The translations under genes and the position numbers were made by a program. The notes below the pieces were generated by a model. It had not been told where the DNA came from. It ran no database searches and saw only the letters and a list, made by a program, of their open reading frames with translations. Source: Candidatus Binatia bacterium (lineage in GTDB: Bacteria; Desulfobacterota; Binatia; HRBIN30). Taken from it: a stretch of DNA of 64,000 bases. Positions 10,081 through 19,995 of the stretch are shown piece by piece (positions within the stretch are counted from its first letter, which is position 1; each line of letters starts with the position of its first letter). The stretch lies in NCBI GenBank assembly GCA_038245295.1, contig JBBRSP010000001.1, forward strand, positions 96,001 through 160,000, in the 5' to 3' direction.

Positions 10081-12744
10081 TTACTGCGGCTCGACGCCGT
10101 CCGGCGGTGCCATTGCCTGCCAATCACCCTTGCCGACGCCGGCGATGGAGTCGGGTGTAATGTTCTCGTGCGTCAGGTTGTCCTTGTAGTCCTTGACCAT
10201 GAACCAGGCGTGATCGGTTCCCTTGCCGGGTACGACGCGAAATTCGAGCGGTTGCCCTGGGGTGACGTCACTGGCTGGGACTTCGATGAACAAGATGCCC
10301 GAGAATCCGCCGGCTTCGCCTTTGAAGGCGAACGTCAGGCGGTAGGCGCCGTTGGTGAACGTCTTGGTGCCGCGCTCCGGGCCCAGATCGAAGGTCAACG
10401 CGTACTTGCCATTGACGTACAACTCGCCGCCGAACGGTTCGGGCGATATCGAGGCGGTCAGGACTGCGACGGTGCGCTTGGCGATCGGTGGCGGCGCGGA
10501 GGTCCAGACGACTTCGCCCTCGGGATCCCAGACGTAGGTCCACCACGACTCGGTGCCGCCGCGATAGTCGGAGTAGGGGTTTTGTGTGTGTTTGAAGCGG
10601 ACGATCGAGTCGAAACCCTCGATGGCCTGCAGCTCGCTGGGTTTGGCCGGTGGAACGATGGCGGTCGCGACGGTGGCCGGGATCTCCTGCTCGACGACGA
10701 TGTCGTCGATATCCTTGCCCTCGGCATCCGTAATGCGGGCGGTGAAGTACCAGTCGCCGATCGTCTCGCAGCTCTTGACCAGCAAGAGGTTGGTGCCGGC
10801 GCTCAGGGTGATTTCCTTGCGTACCGGCGCGACTCCCACGGTGAGGGCCCACGCGGTGAGGCTCTCGCCATTGAGCCAGAGTTGCGCCAGATCGCCGCCG
10901 CCGGCGAGCTCGAGCCAGACGGCTTGTTGTTTCGTCGACTTCACCGAAGTGGCCGTATAGGCGCAGACCAGTTCCGGGTTCATCGGATGGCGCGGGTCGG
11001 CGGTGGCGAAGAAACCGTTGAGGTCGACGCGCACATTGCGCTGCGGAATCGGGCGCCAGTACAGATCTCCCCAGGCACCCTTGTAGCGATCGCGGGTCAC
11101 CTTCTTGGGATCGATGAAATCGATCTTCTTGCCTTCGTCGTTGTCGTTGAGGAACAGGCCCAGACCCATCCACTTGGTCAGATAGTTCTTGCGCTTGCGC
11201 ACTTCGGCAATGACGAATTCCTTCTGTCCGCCGGGTGCGACGATGTCCTTGAGGACGGTGTAGTCGCTGAAGAACGCCATGTCGGCCGGGCGCAATTGGT
11301 ACAACACGCGCTGATTCAGGTGGTAGTCGGCGTAAAAGGCGGGATCGGAGATCAGGTAGCCGATGTCGCGATCCTTGTTGTATTTGATCGGATCCATCGC
11401 GTTGTAGAACAGCGCGAAGATCTGCGGCTGATTGACCTCGGTGGCGGTGATCATCATGAGGTCGTACTTGTGGCGCAACGGCTCCATGAAGGCGAAGGAG
11501 TCGCGGTAGCCGTACTGGAAGCCACCATACGTTGGCGCTGAATATTTGGGATATTCGTTGAAGTAGAAGCGCACGTAACGATCGAACTCGGGGGCCGCGA
11601 AGTAGACGAAGGCGGCGACGCCGGCAGCCTGCAGGGTAACGACCAACGGACGCCAACGCAGGACCTTGAGGCACCACAAGGCGGTGCCGAGGCCGATGCC
11701 GCCGAGTAGGCACATCACCGGTGCGCCGATGAAGGAACGCGTCGCGGTTGGAATCTCGGTCATCATGCTGGCGCCGGCGGGGTAGAGCAGCAGCCACCAC
11801 AACAGCAGCTTGCTGGCGCGGTCGCGCTTCAAGAAAACAGCCAGGACACCGAGCAGGATCAACGGCATGTACGAAGGCAGCAATTCGCCGAAGCCACGCA
11901 CGGCATGGCGGCTGATGCTGTCGCCGTTTTGGAACAGGAAGACCGGGTTGAAGAACTCTTTGTAGTTGGCCAGGTAGTGCGCGGCGTTCTGTTGCAGCGA
12001 CGCCGCCGGATCGATCATCGTCGTGCGTTGCAGGTAGATCGAGCCCTGCGCGTTGCGGTAATAAAAGATGCCGCACGGGGCGACGGTCGCCAGGGCCACG
12101 ATGATCGCCAGGAAGGTTTCCTTCCAGCGCCGTAGCATCGTTGGGAGGTAGAGCAGGCCGAAGCCGATCAGGAACACCGGCACGAACAGTGTTGCGATCG
12201 CATACGCGTAGACACACAGCCCACCAAAGAACAGCGCCGCCGGCAGGGTGCGCCTACCTTTCGTGAACTCGACGAGGAAATAGACACAAAGGGTGAACAG
12301 CATCCCGAACAGCGTCATGTCGAAGGCGATGCGACTGAAATGTAAATGCCATGGCGCTGCCGCCAGCAGCGCGGCGGCGAAGAAGCCGACCCATGGTCCG
12401 AACAGGGAGCGGCCGAGGAAGAACAGGGCGATGATCCCACCGATGCCGAACAGGGCAGCCGGCATGCGAGTGGTGGCTTCGTTGATGCCGGCGAAACGCA
12501 TGATGGCGCCGGCGGTGTAGATGTAGATCGGGTTCTTGTAGCCGCCGAACGACCAGATGAAGAGCGGTAGGAACTTGCCGTTTTCGTCGTAACCGGTGGT
12601 GCCGATCGCGTAGGCGTTGTAGCCCTCGGCCGCCTCGTCGCAGTAAAGCCCGGCTGGGACGTCCTTGAGTTGATAGACCCGCACCGCAGTGGCCATGACT
12701 ACAAGAATGGCCATCAACGCAAATTGAACCCATCGGCGCTGCAT
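10081..12744 (-). CDS. ArnT/PMT-family (GT-C) glycosyltransferase with large extracytoplasmic C-terminal domains
   Basis: GLYCDEAAEGYNAY, RMPAALFG, PWHLHFSR; TM-rich N-half, beta-rich soluble C-half; start moved to MQRRWV. Confidence 0.85.
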   Translation of the reverse strand: MQRRWVQFALMAILVVMATAVRVYQLKDVPAGLYCDEAAEGYNAYAIGTTGYDENGKFLPLFIWSFGGYKNPIYIYTAGAIMRFAGINEATTRMPAALFGIGGIIALFFLGRSLFGPWVGFFAAALLAAAPWHLHFSRIAFDMTLFGMLFTLCVYFLVEFTKGRRTLPAALFFGGLCVYAYAIATLFVPVFLIGFGLLYLPTMLRRWKETFLAIIVALATVAPCGIFYYRNAQGSIYLQRTTMIDPAASLQQNAAHYLANYKEFFNPVFLFQNGDSISRHAVRGFGELLPSYMPLILLGVLAVFLKRDRASKLLLWWLLLYPAGASMMTEIPTATRSFIGAPVMCLLGGIGLGTALWCLKVLRWRPLVVTLQAAGVAAFVYFAAPEFDRYVRFYFNEYPKYSAPTYGGFQYGYRDSFAFMEPLRHKYDLMMITATEVNQPQIFALFYNAMDPIKYNKDRDIGYLISDPAFYADYHLNQRVLYQLRPADMAFFSDYTVLKDIVAPGGQKEFVIAEVRKRKNYLTKWMGLGLFLNDNDEGKKIDFIDPKKVTRDRYKGAWGDLYWRPIPQRNVRVDLNGFFATADPRHPMNPELVCAYTATSVKSTKQQAVWLELAGGGDLAQLWLNGESLTAWALTVGVAPVRKEITLSAGTNLLLVKSCETIGDWYFTARITDAEGKDIDDIVVEQEIPATVATAIVPPAKPSELQAIEGFDSIVRFKHTQNPYSDYRGGTESWWTYVWDPEGEVVWTSAPPPIAKRTVAVLTASISPEPFGGELYVNGKYALTFDLGPERGTKTFTNGAYRLTFAFKGEAGGFSGILFIEVPASDVTPGQPLEFRVVPGKGTDHAWFMVKDYKDNLTHENITPDSIAGVGKGDWQAMAPPDGVEPQ

Positions 12745-12767
12745 CGTCTGTGTCGACTCCTCGTCCC

Positions 12768-13520
12768 TTAAGCTGCCGCGTTGCTTAGCCCGGCTTGTTC
12801 GTCGCGCAATCGTTTGGCACGTCGGCGTATGCCCCACAACTCGGTATACGCTTGAGCTCCACTCATCAAGCTGACGGTCGAATCGGGGGAATTCGTCCAC
12901 ACCACCGGAACATCGGTGGCGCGCAGCCCAAGCGCCAGTGCCAGGGCAATCAACTCAACATCGAACGCGAAACGATCGATCTGCATCAATTCGAGCACCG
13001 GCAGCATTGGCTGGCGGCGGAACATCTTGAAGCCACACTGGGTGTCCTTGAAGGGCAGTCCGACGACGACCCGAACAAAGACATTGAAGAGTTTTCCCGA
13101 CAGCTCGCGGAAAAAGTTCTGGTGCGCCTGGATGCGCGCCTGGCGATGGGCCCGACTGCTGATAACCAAGTCGTATCCGGCTTCGACGAGCCCAACCATC
13201 TGGTCCATCTCCTCGATCGGTGTCGACAGGTCGGCATCGCTGAACAGGACAATATCTCCCTCGGCCTGCAAAGCCCCGTGGCGCACGGCGAAACCCTTGC
13301 CGCGATTGCCGCCATAACTCAGGATCCGTAGTTGAGCGCGGTTGGGGAAGCCGCGTTCGACGACCCCTCGGGTGTCGTCGGTGCTGCCGTCGTCGACCAC
13401 GAGGATCTCGAAATTCGCGTACTTCTCCTCCAGATGCTCGAAAATCCTTTGCAACGAAGGTAGGATACGCCGCGCCTCGTTAAAGGCGGGAATGACTACG
13501 GACACCTTCATCACGCGCAT
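12768..13520 (-). CDS. GT2 dolichyl-phosphate beta-glucosyltransferase-like enzyme
   Basis: VIPAFNEA, NRGKGFAVR, FSDADLSTP, DTQCGFKMF, FAFDVE. Confidence 0.92.
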   Translation of the reverse strand: MRVMKVSVVIPAFNEARRILPSLQRIFEHLEEKYANFEILVVDDGSTDDTRGVVERGFPNRAQLRILSYGGNRGKGFAVRHGALQAEGDIVLFSDADLSTPIEEMDQMVGLVEAGYDLVISSRAHRQARIQAHQNFFRELSGKLFNVFVRVVVGLPFKDTQCGFKMFRRQPMLPVLELMQIDRFAFDVELIALALALGLRATDVPVVWTNSPDSTVSLMSGAQAYTELWGIRRRAKRLRDEQAGLSNAAA

Positions 13521-13530
13521 CGGCGATTAG

Positions 13531-13559
13531 TTGACAAGGCCACAGGTGGCATATACACG
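13531..13559 (+). promoter_or_regulatory. Putative sigma70 promoter
   Basis: TTGACA-N17-TACACG upstream of the gene at 13611. Confidence 0.4.
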
Positions 13560-13610
13560 AGAGCGGCTTTTCAGCCTCAAGACTAAATTAACTCGAAAGA
13601 TCCGATTCCT

Positions 13611-16397
13611 ATGGCAGAGAGAGAGACCGTTCGCAACCTGACGGAAGCGTCGAATCGCGCCGAAACACCAAGCGCACTCGATCGCCCGTTTATCGGATCA
13701 ATGACCCTCGAGAAGTTCCTTTATCTTCTCCTCTGGGCCGTGATCGTTTTCACCCGGCTTTATCAGCTGGGGGATCGTCCGTACCATCACGACGAATCGA
13801 TCCACGCCTTCTACTCGTGGAAAATCGTCGACGAGGGGCTGGGTAACTACAAGTACGACCCGGTCTACCATGGCCCGGTGCTGTACTACGCCAGCGCCCT
13901 GATGATGAAAATCTTTGGCGACGGCGACTTCCAGGCGCGTCTGAGTGCGGTGGCGTTCGGCTTCGGCATCCTCGCCTTTGCATGGCCGCTGCGCAAATTC
14001 ATGGGGCGTTGGTCGGCCCTGATGTTCCTCGTGCTCGCCACCTTCTCGCCGGCGCTGAACTACTTTACGCGATTCATTCGCCATGACGTCTACGTCGGCC
14101 TCGGCAACATGATGGCCGTCTATTTCGCCTTCCTATACGGCCGCTCGCGCAAGGCGACGCATCTCTACGTCGCCGCCGTCGGCCTGGCGATCGCCTTCTG
14201 CAACAAGGAAGACATGTACGTGCTCGGCCCGGTCATGGTGCTGAGCCTGCTGCTCATGCAGGTGTGGGAGATCATCTACGCCGGCGACTGGCGCAAGCAG
14301 TTGAGTGTCACCTGGGGCGAGACGGCGGCTTTCCTCAAGAGCTCGGCGTTGCCGATCATCACCAGCCTGATCATCTTCCTGGTCGTTTGCCTGACGTTCT
14401 ACACCTCGATCTTCACGCATCCCGAGAATTGGAACCCGGTACGGCGCGCCCTCGAGTACTGGATCGGCCAACATACGATCAAACGGATCGGTGGCCCCTG
14501 GTGGTACTACTTCCCGCAACTCATCGCCTACGAGCCGGTGATTCTGGTGCCGATGTTGCTGCTCCTGTTCGGTCCGGTGCTGACGCCGCAGAAGGGCGAG
14601 CGCCGTTCGACGACAATCCTCGAATACCTGACGCTGGCAAGCACCGTGCTAGCGATTCTCATCATCTTCTTGAACCAGGCCGGTCTCGCCTTCGGCATGT
14701 TCGTGATCTACGACTCGCACACTGGGGGTCTAATCTTCCTGTTGCCGCTGGGGCTGGCCGGCCTGACGCTCATGCGCCGCTGGTTGCCCGACCCGTTCAT
14801 TCGTTTCCTGTGCATGTGGACCATCGGCTGCTTCTGCTTCTACTGCTGGGCGCAAGAAAAGGTGCCGTGGCTGCTGTTCCCGATGGTCATGCCCTCGGCG
14901 TTGCTGGCGGGGCAATGGTTCGGCCGCATGATCGAGGAGAAGCGCCTGTCGAAGCCCGCTGTCTTCGTGCCGGTGGGCATCTTGGCGGTGTTGACGCTGT
15001 GGAGCTTCGTCGCCGTCAACTATCTCTACAGCGCGCCGCGTCCCGATGAAGGTCCGAACGACTCACCGAAGCGAACCGGCGAACTGTTGGCGTATGTGCA
15101 ATCGACCTACGATATTCAGAAGGTCATGCACCGCATCGAAGACGTGTCGCGTATCATGGGCACGGGCGACAAGACCCGCCTGGCCGTCGGTGGCAATGCA
15201 ACCTGGCCGCTCAGCTGGTACCTGCGTCACTACCCGGTCAATTGGGCTGCCGACGTGCGCAATGTCGACACGCCGGTGGTCATCACCGATCTCGAGGTCG
15301 CCACGGCGCTCGATAAGGCGCTGCTGGAGAAATACGAGAAGGTACGTTTCGAGATCCGCGGTTGGTGGGAGCCCGATTGGACGAAGCTCAATGTGACCAC
15401 CTTCGCCAAATGGTGGGCGACACGTGTGGCGTTCAACGGTGTCGGATCGAGTGATGCCGTCATGTACGTTCTCAAGGACATCAAGCCGGGTGTTGCGCTT
15501 GACTCGATTGCGGTCAATCCGCCGCCGGCGGCAAAGGGCTACAACGCGCCCCCGAGCCTCGAGAAGCCGGCTGCTGTTTGGGGGGTGCGCGGGGTTGGCG
15601 CCGGCCAGTTCAACGAGCCACGCGGCATCGCCGTCGACGGCGAAGGCAATGTCTATGTCGTCGACAGCAAGAACAATCGTCTGCAGAAGCTTTCGGCTCA
15701 GGGCGTGCCGATCACCAGTTGGGGTAAAGAGGGCGACACGCCGGGCGATTTCAAGGATCCGGGCGGCGTCGCGCTTGGGCCTGATGCCAGCGTCTTCGTC
15801 GCCGATACCTGGAATCATCGCATCCAGAAGTTCGACAAGGGCGGCAAGTTCCTCGCCGAGTGGAAGCCTGACCCTGGGTTCTGGGGCCCGCGCGGCGTCG
15901 CGGTCTCGGCCGATGGCAACAATGTCTATGTCACCGACACCGGCAACAAACGCATCGTGCGCTTCGACGGCAATGGCAAGCAACTCGGCGTTTGGGGTAA
16001 AGAGGGTTCGAAGCCGGGTGAGTTCATCGAACCGGTCGGCATCGCCGTCGATACCGACGGAAGCGTTTACGTCGCCGATACCGGCAACCACCGTGTGCAG
16101 GTTTTCAGTGCCGACGGGACCTTCCTACGTGAGATCCCGATCCTTGGTTGGGAGGAATTCTACTCCGAGCCCTACATCGCTCTCTATGGCGGCGAGCTGT
16201 GGGTAACCGACTCCTACAACCACCGTGTGGCGCGTTACAAAGACGGTCAGAACATCGGGTCATGGGGCAAGTCGGGTGCGGCGGATGGCGACTTCAATCG
16301 TCCGATCGGCATTGCCGCCGATCGACAAGGCGCTGCCTACGTCGCGGACACGATGAACAATCGCATCCAGAAGTTCGTGCTGCCCGCCGCGAAGTAG
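13611..16397 (+). CDS. TIGR03663/Agl23-like GT-C membrane protein fused to NHL-repeat beta-propeller
   Basis: RPYHHDESIHAFYS, YKYDPVYHGP, FTRFIRHD, YVQST, WPLSWYLR; about six NHL repeats (P.GIAVD...VYVADT.N.RIQKF). Confidence 0.9.
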   Translation: MAERETVRNLTEASNRAETPSALDRPFIGSMTLEKFLYLLLWAVIVFTRLYQLGDRPYHHDESIHAFYSWKIVDEGLGNYKYDPVYHGPVLYYASALMMKIFGDGDFQARLSAVAFGFGILAFAWPLRKFMGRWSALMFLVLATFSPALNYFTRFIRHDVYVGLGNMMAVYFAFLYGRSRKATHLYVAAVGLAIAFCNKEDMYVLGPVMVLSLLLMQVWEIIYAGDWRKQLSVTWGETAAFLKSSALPIITSLIIFLVVCLTFYTSIFTHPENWNPVRRALEYWIGQHTIKRIGGPWWYYFPQLIAYEPVILVPMLLLLFGPVLTPQKGERRSTTILEYLTLASTVLAILIIFLNQAGLAFGMFVIYDSHTGGLIFLLPLGLAGLTLMRRWLPDPFIRFLCMWTIGCFCFYCWAQEKVPWLLFPMVMPSALLAGQWFGRMIEEKRLSKPAVFVPVGILAVLTLWSFVAVNYLYSAPRPDEGPNDSPKRTGELLAYVQSTYDIQKVMHRIEDVSRIMGTGDKTRLAVGGNATWPLSWYLRHYPVNWAADVRNVDTPVVITDLEVATALDKALLEKYEKVRFEIRGWWEPDWTKLNVTTFAKWWATRVAFNGVGSSDAVMYVLKDIKPGVALDSIAVNPPPAAKGYNAPPSLEKPAAVWGVRGVGAGQFNEPRGIAVDGEGNVYVVDSKNNRLQKLSAQGVPITSWGKEGDTPGDFKDPGGVALGPDASVFVADTWNHRIQKFDKGGKFLAEWKPDPGFWGPRGVAVSADGNNVYVTDTGNKRIVRFDGNGKQLGVWGKEGSKPGEFIEPVGIAVDTDGSVYVADTGNHRVQVFSADGTFLREIPILGWEEFYSEPYIALYGGELWVTDSYNHRVARYKDGQNIGSWGKSGAADGDFNRPIGIAADRQGAAYVADTMNNRIQKFVLPAAK

Positions 16398-16421
16398 GGT
16401 TTGAAGAAGTTGAAGTGAGCT

Positions 16422-16458
16422 CTCCCTTGGCCGGTGCGACAAGCGCCGGCCAAGGGAG
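16422..16458. terminator. Hairpin between convergent genes (possible bidirectional terminator)
   Basis: CTCCCTTGGCCGGTGC / GCGCCGGCCAAGGGAG 16-bp stem with one wobble. Confidence 0.65.
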
Positions 16459-16467
16459 GCGCGTCGG

Positions 16468-17205
16468 TCACTTGCCCGACAAGATCTTTTGGCGCAGCCG
16501 GAAGAGATCGTAGAAGGCGCCGACGATCACCGACAGATGCGCGCCAGTCTGCACGCCGGCGGTGCGAGGGTAATGATGGACGCCCGTTTCTTTGATCTTG
16601 AATCCTTTATTGACGGCACGTCCGTACAACTCGGCGTTAATCAACGCCCCTGTCGATTCCAGGGTGATGGCGTTCAACACCTTCTTGGGAATCAACTTGA
16701 AGGCGCAGTTGAGGTCCTTCACGTAGACATTGAGCATGATGCGCACGAGCCAGCCGCCAAACAGCTTGGCGTTGAGGCGGCGGATCAATGGATCGTTGCG
16801 CTTGATGCGATACCCGGTGACGATGTGATCGTCGTCTGTCACCAGGGGCAGGATGATGTCCAGCTCCTTGATGTCGAACTGCCCGTCGCCATCCATGTAA
16901 AAGACGAAACGCTTCTGTGCCGCGTCGAATCCGGTGCGCAACGCCGCGCCGTAGCCGCGGTTCTGCGGATGATGCTGCGGCCGCAGTCGCGGGAACTCTT
17001 TGGCGAGCTCGTCGAGGATCGCACCGGTGCGGTCCTTGCTGCCATCGTTGGTGACCACGAGCTCGTAATCGAGGCCGGTCGTCTCCAGATAGGCGACACA
17101 GTCGCGCACGACGCGATCGATGTTGGCCTCCTCGTTGAACGCCGGCAGCACAACCGAAAGCTCACGAACTACGCCCGGCACGTTGCTTTTCGATCCATTC
17201 CCCAT
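16468..17205 (-). CDS. GT2 glycosyltransferase (DPM1-like)
   Basis: VLPAFNEE, NDGSKD, NRGYGAAL, YMDGDGQFD, DLNCAFKL. Confidence 0.92.
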   Translation of the reverse strand: MGNGSKSNVPGVVRELSVVLPAFNEEANIDRVVRDCVAYLETTGLDYELVVTNDGSKDRTGAILDELAKEFPRLRPQHHPQNRGYGAALRTGFDAAQKRFVFYMDGDGQFDIKELDIILPLVTDDDHIVTGYRIKRNDPLIRRLNAKLFGGWLVRIMLNVYVKDLNCAFKLIPKKVLNAITLESTGALINAELYGRAVNKGFKIKETGVHHYPRTAGVQTGAHLSVIVGAFYDLFRLRQKILSGK

Positions 17206-17233
17206 ACAATCTCCGCCGCTTAGGCAAGTTTAT

Positions 17234-18364
17234 ATGATCGTTCAATGCCCCTACTGTGCAACCCGCTACAAAATCGATGACGCCAAGGTGGCGGCCGGCA
17301 ACGCGCGCATGAAATGTTCGCGTTGTCAGCAAGTCTTCCCGGCGCCGTCGACCAAGAAACGTGTTGCTGCCGCGCCCACCAAGCCTACCTTGGCCGGCGC
17401 TGTCAACTTGAAGCTACCATTCGACGATTCGCCGGCGAAAGACAACCCGGTGAAGGACCTCCCGGCGAAGGAACCGCCGGCCGTGAAGCCGGCATCCAAG
17501 GTTCCCGTGTTCGATCTTGGCGCGGCCGCCGATTCCGCCGAAGAGGATGCCAACGATGTGCTCCGGGGTGACGACGAACCTCCGGCAAAACACGAGCCGG
17601 TGGTCGACGAGATCGATGCCGAGACCGACGCCGACGGCGCCAATGACGATGACAAATTCGAGATCTCCGAACCCCCCGATACATACACTCTCGGCACCGA
17701 GGAGGTTGCGCCGTCGCCCAAGCCTGCACCCGCCCCACGCCGTGCCACGCCGCGCCCGCCGTCCGGCGGACGTGGCGCCTCCGCGGCACGCGGTCCTCGT
17801 AAGGGCGCCGCGCCGCCAGCTTCGTCTTCCGAACGGGGAAAGTTCCGCGCGATCATGGTGTTTCAGGTTATCACGGTGGTCATCTACGCCGCCTTGTTTC
17901 AGGCGATGCTGGCCAGCCCGGCGATGACCGATGACTTGTTGCAGAAGCTGCCGTTGATCAGTGCCTTTCGCAACGACAAGCTGATGGCCCGCAAGATCGC
18001 CTTGTCGGAACTCAGCGGCGGTTATCAACGGATCAAGGAAGGCAAGGAAGTGTTTGTTGTGCGCGGACACGTGCTCAACACCGCGCCCGTCGCGCTGCAG
18101 AGCGTGCAGATCGCCGGCAAACTCTACGATTCCAAGGGCAAGGTCGTCGATACCAAGACGATCTTCTGCGGTAGCGTCATCTCGACGAAGGTTTTGAAAG
18201 ATCTGACGACACCGGAGCTGTCGATGCTGCAGCCGCCATATCCGCCGAAGCATTTCGCCATCGAGCCCGGTGAATCGAAGTCATTTGTGGTGGTGTTTAC
18301 GGAGCCACCGCGCGACGCCGCCGAGTTTACGACCCAGGTGGTTTCGGCGCAGCGCCAGAGCTAG
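17234..18364 (+). CDS. MJ0042-type zinc-ribbon / DUF3426 bitopic membrane protein
   Basis: MIVQCPYC...KCSRCQQVF, acidic/Pro linker, one TM helix, C-terminal IEPGESKSFVVVF. Confidence 0.85.
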   Translation: MIVQCPYCATRYKIDDAKVAAGNARMKCSRCQQVFPAPSTKKRVAAAPTKPTLAGAVNLKLPFDDSPAKDNPVKDLPAKEPPAVKPASKVPVFDLGAAADSAEEDANDVLRGDDEPPAKHEPVVDEIDAETDADGANDDDKFEISEPPDTYTLGTEEVAPSPKPAPAPRRATPRPPSGGRGASAARGPRKGAAPPASSSERGKFRAIMVFQVITVVIYAALFQAMLASPAMTDDLLQKLPLISAFRNDKLMARKIALSELSGGYQRIKEGKEVFVVRGHVLNTAPVALQSVQIAGKLYDSKGKVVDTKTIFCGSVISTKVLKDLTTPELSMLQPPYPPKHFAIEPGESKSFVVVFTEPPRDAAEFTTQVVSAQRQS

Positions 18365-18406
18365 CGCTCAAGCCCACTAGAGGACTGCCACCGACTGCGA
18401 CGACGA

Positions 18407-18607
18407 CTACGCTCTGTCCTTGCTGTCTTTGCTGTCCTTACGGTCTTTCGGAGTAATGTCGATTTCGTCCGGCGCCTTCACTTGTTTGCGGAAGTTGCGA
18501 ACGCCGCGCCCGATGCTGTCACCCAGCTCTGGCAGTCGGCCGGCCCCGAAGATGATCAGTACGATCACCAGTAGTACGACCAGTTCTCCGATGCCCATTC
18601 CAAACAT
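18407..18607 (-). CDS. tatA: Twin-arginine translocase subunit TatA/E
   Basis: MFGMGIGEL...[24 protein letters not shown]. Confidence 0.95.
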   Translation of the reverse strand: MFGMGIGELVVLLVIVLIIFGAGRLPELGDSIGRGVRNFRKQVKAPDEIDITPKDRKDSKDSKDRA

Positions 18608-18668
18608 GAAGATCTCCTGAGGCGTCTATAGGTCAGGCTCACGGACCTCTGCAAGGTTGGAGTGAGAA

Positions 18669-18718
18669 GGGTTCGGGGTGCGGGGTCGAGGTACGGCCCA
18701 CCCGAACCCCGCACCCCG
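18669..18718. repeat. G-rich/C-rich inverted repeat of roughly heptameric units
   Basis: CGGGGTGCGGGGT (18674-18686) pairs with ACCCCGCACCCCG (18706-18718); alternative GGGTTCGGG/CCCGAACCC pairing. Confidence 0.7.
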
Positions 18719-18734
18719 CCACCTGCACCCGGCT

Positions 18735-19736
18735 CTACTGAAGGAGCCGCTCGATGGCTTTGGTGTACTCGCGCGGATCCTCGGTAGCCACATGCACGCG
18801 ATGGATCTTGGCCCCAGCCTTTTCTTGTTCGATCAGCCGATCGCGGCATTCCTCGACATCGCCGCAGACGCCCAAGCGGTTGCGCATCGCCGCAGGAATC
18901 GCCGCGACTGCTGCCGCCGCCCCCTGTTGCCAGGCCGCTTTGACGGCGGCGACTTCCTTTTCGAAGCCGAAGCGCTCGAGCTGGCGCGCGTAGTAGACGC
19001 CCATTTTCCCAATGTAGAAGGCGGTTGTCCCCGCCTGTGCCAGCTCGGCGCGCTCGCGTGCCTCTCCCGACGCCACCACGGCGGCGGTGGGGGCTGTCAC
19101 CTCGAATTGTTCCGGATCGCGCCCCGCAGCAAGAATGCGCGTGTTCAGGGCGCCGATCTCGGTGCCGAGCTTGTCGATGGGAATCATCACCGGCAGCCAT
19201 CCGTCGGCATGGGAAGCGGTCAGCTCGAGCGCTTTCGGGTTGAGTGTCGCCAGATGAATCGGGATGTGTTTGCGCACCGGCTCGAAGCGCAGCGTGAAGC
19301 CGCGGTCGAGTTGGAACACTTTGCCGACATATTTTAGCGGCTCGTGGCGCAGAAGGATGTTGAAGATTTCGATCGTCTCGCGCAGGCGGGTTAGTGCTGG
19401 CTCGAACTTGACGCCGTGAAAATGTTCGATGACGTTGATGCCGCTGGTGCCGAAGCCGGCGATCATGCGCCCCTCCGACAACTCGTCGAGCGTCGCGAAG
19501 TGCTGCGCCAGGCAAGCCGGCGTGCGCGAGAAGACGTTGACGATACCTGTCGCCAAGCGGATCCGTTTGGTGCGTGCCGCCAGCAGGGTCAGCAACGTGA
19601 AGCAGTCGCGTCCCCACGCTTCCGCAATCCACACCGAATCGACGCCCGCTTCGTCGGCGACCTGCACTCGCTCGATGATCTTGTTGAGATCGAACTTCCC
19701 TTGCCAATCGACGGAAATTGCCAGTTTGCGTGCCAT
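18735..19736 (-). CDS. LLM-class flavin (possibly F420)-dependent oxidoreductase
   Basis: DSVWIAEAWGRD, RIRLATGIVNVFSRTPA, TLDELSEGR, HADGW. Confidence 0.9.
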   Translation of the reverse strand: MARKLAISVDWQGKFDLNKIIERVQVADEAGVDSVWIAEAWGRDCFTLLTLLAARTKRIRLATGIVNVFSRTPACLAQHFATLDELSEGRMIAGFGTSGINVIEHFHGVKFEPALTRLRETIEIFNILLRHEPLKYVGKVFQLDRGFTLRFEPVRKHIPIHLATLNPKALELTASHADGWLPVMIPIDKLGTEIGALNTRILAAGRDPEQFEVTAPTAAVVASGEARERAELAQAGTTAFYIGKMGVYYARQLERFGFEKEVAAVKAAWQQGAAAAVAAIPAAMRNRLGVCGDVEECRDRLIEQEKAGAKIHRVHVATEDPREYTKAIERLLQ

Positions 19737-19804
19737 GAGCGGTCTTGTGGCCGAGCGGCGCCCTTGGCGCAAGACAGGCGCCGTCGGCGCGTCGGCGGTG
19801 GAAG

Positions 19805-19929
19805 GGGAGGCGCAGGTCTTCAGCCTGCGCTGTGTGCCGGACCCACCCGAGAGCAACCAGAGGAAGCCAAACAACTACACCTAGAGGACGGACGACACTC
19901 TCCACCGCAAGCTGAAGCTTGCGCCTACC
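19805..19929. repeat. GTAG-type REP doublet
   Basis: GGAGGCGCAGGTCTTCAGCCTGCG on + and CGCAAGCTGAAGCTTGCGCCTACC (19906-19929) on -. Confidence 0.7.
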
Positions 19930-19995
19930 CGCCGTGCCTACTCGCGTGCGCACGCTTGCTCCGTCGAAGCTGCGACGGCTAAGATCAACTCTTCG

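Noticed and set aside
10268..12217. 649-aa alternative-frame ORF, and similar long ORFs at 18565-20259, 27101-28867 and 54259-55974
   Set aside because: They overlap well-supported genes, lack motifs, and are expected shadow ORFs in high-GC DNA.
15590..16380. Regularly spaced repeated DNA resembling an array
   Set aside because: It is explained by NHL protein repeats and has no CRISPR repeat-spacer structure.
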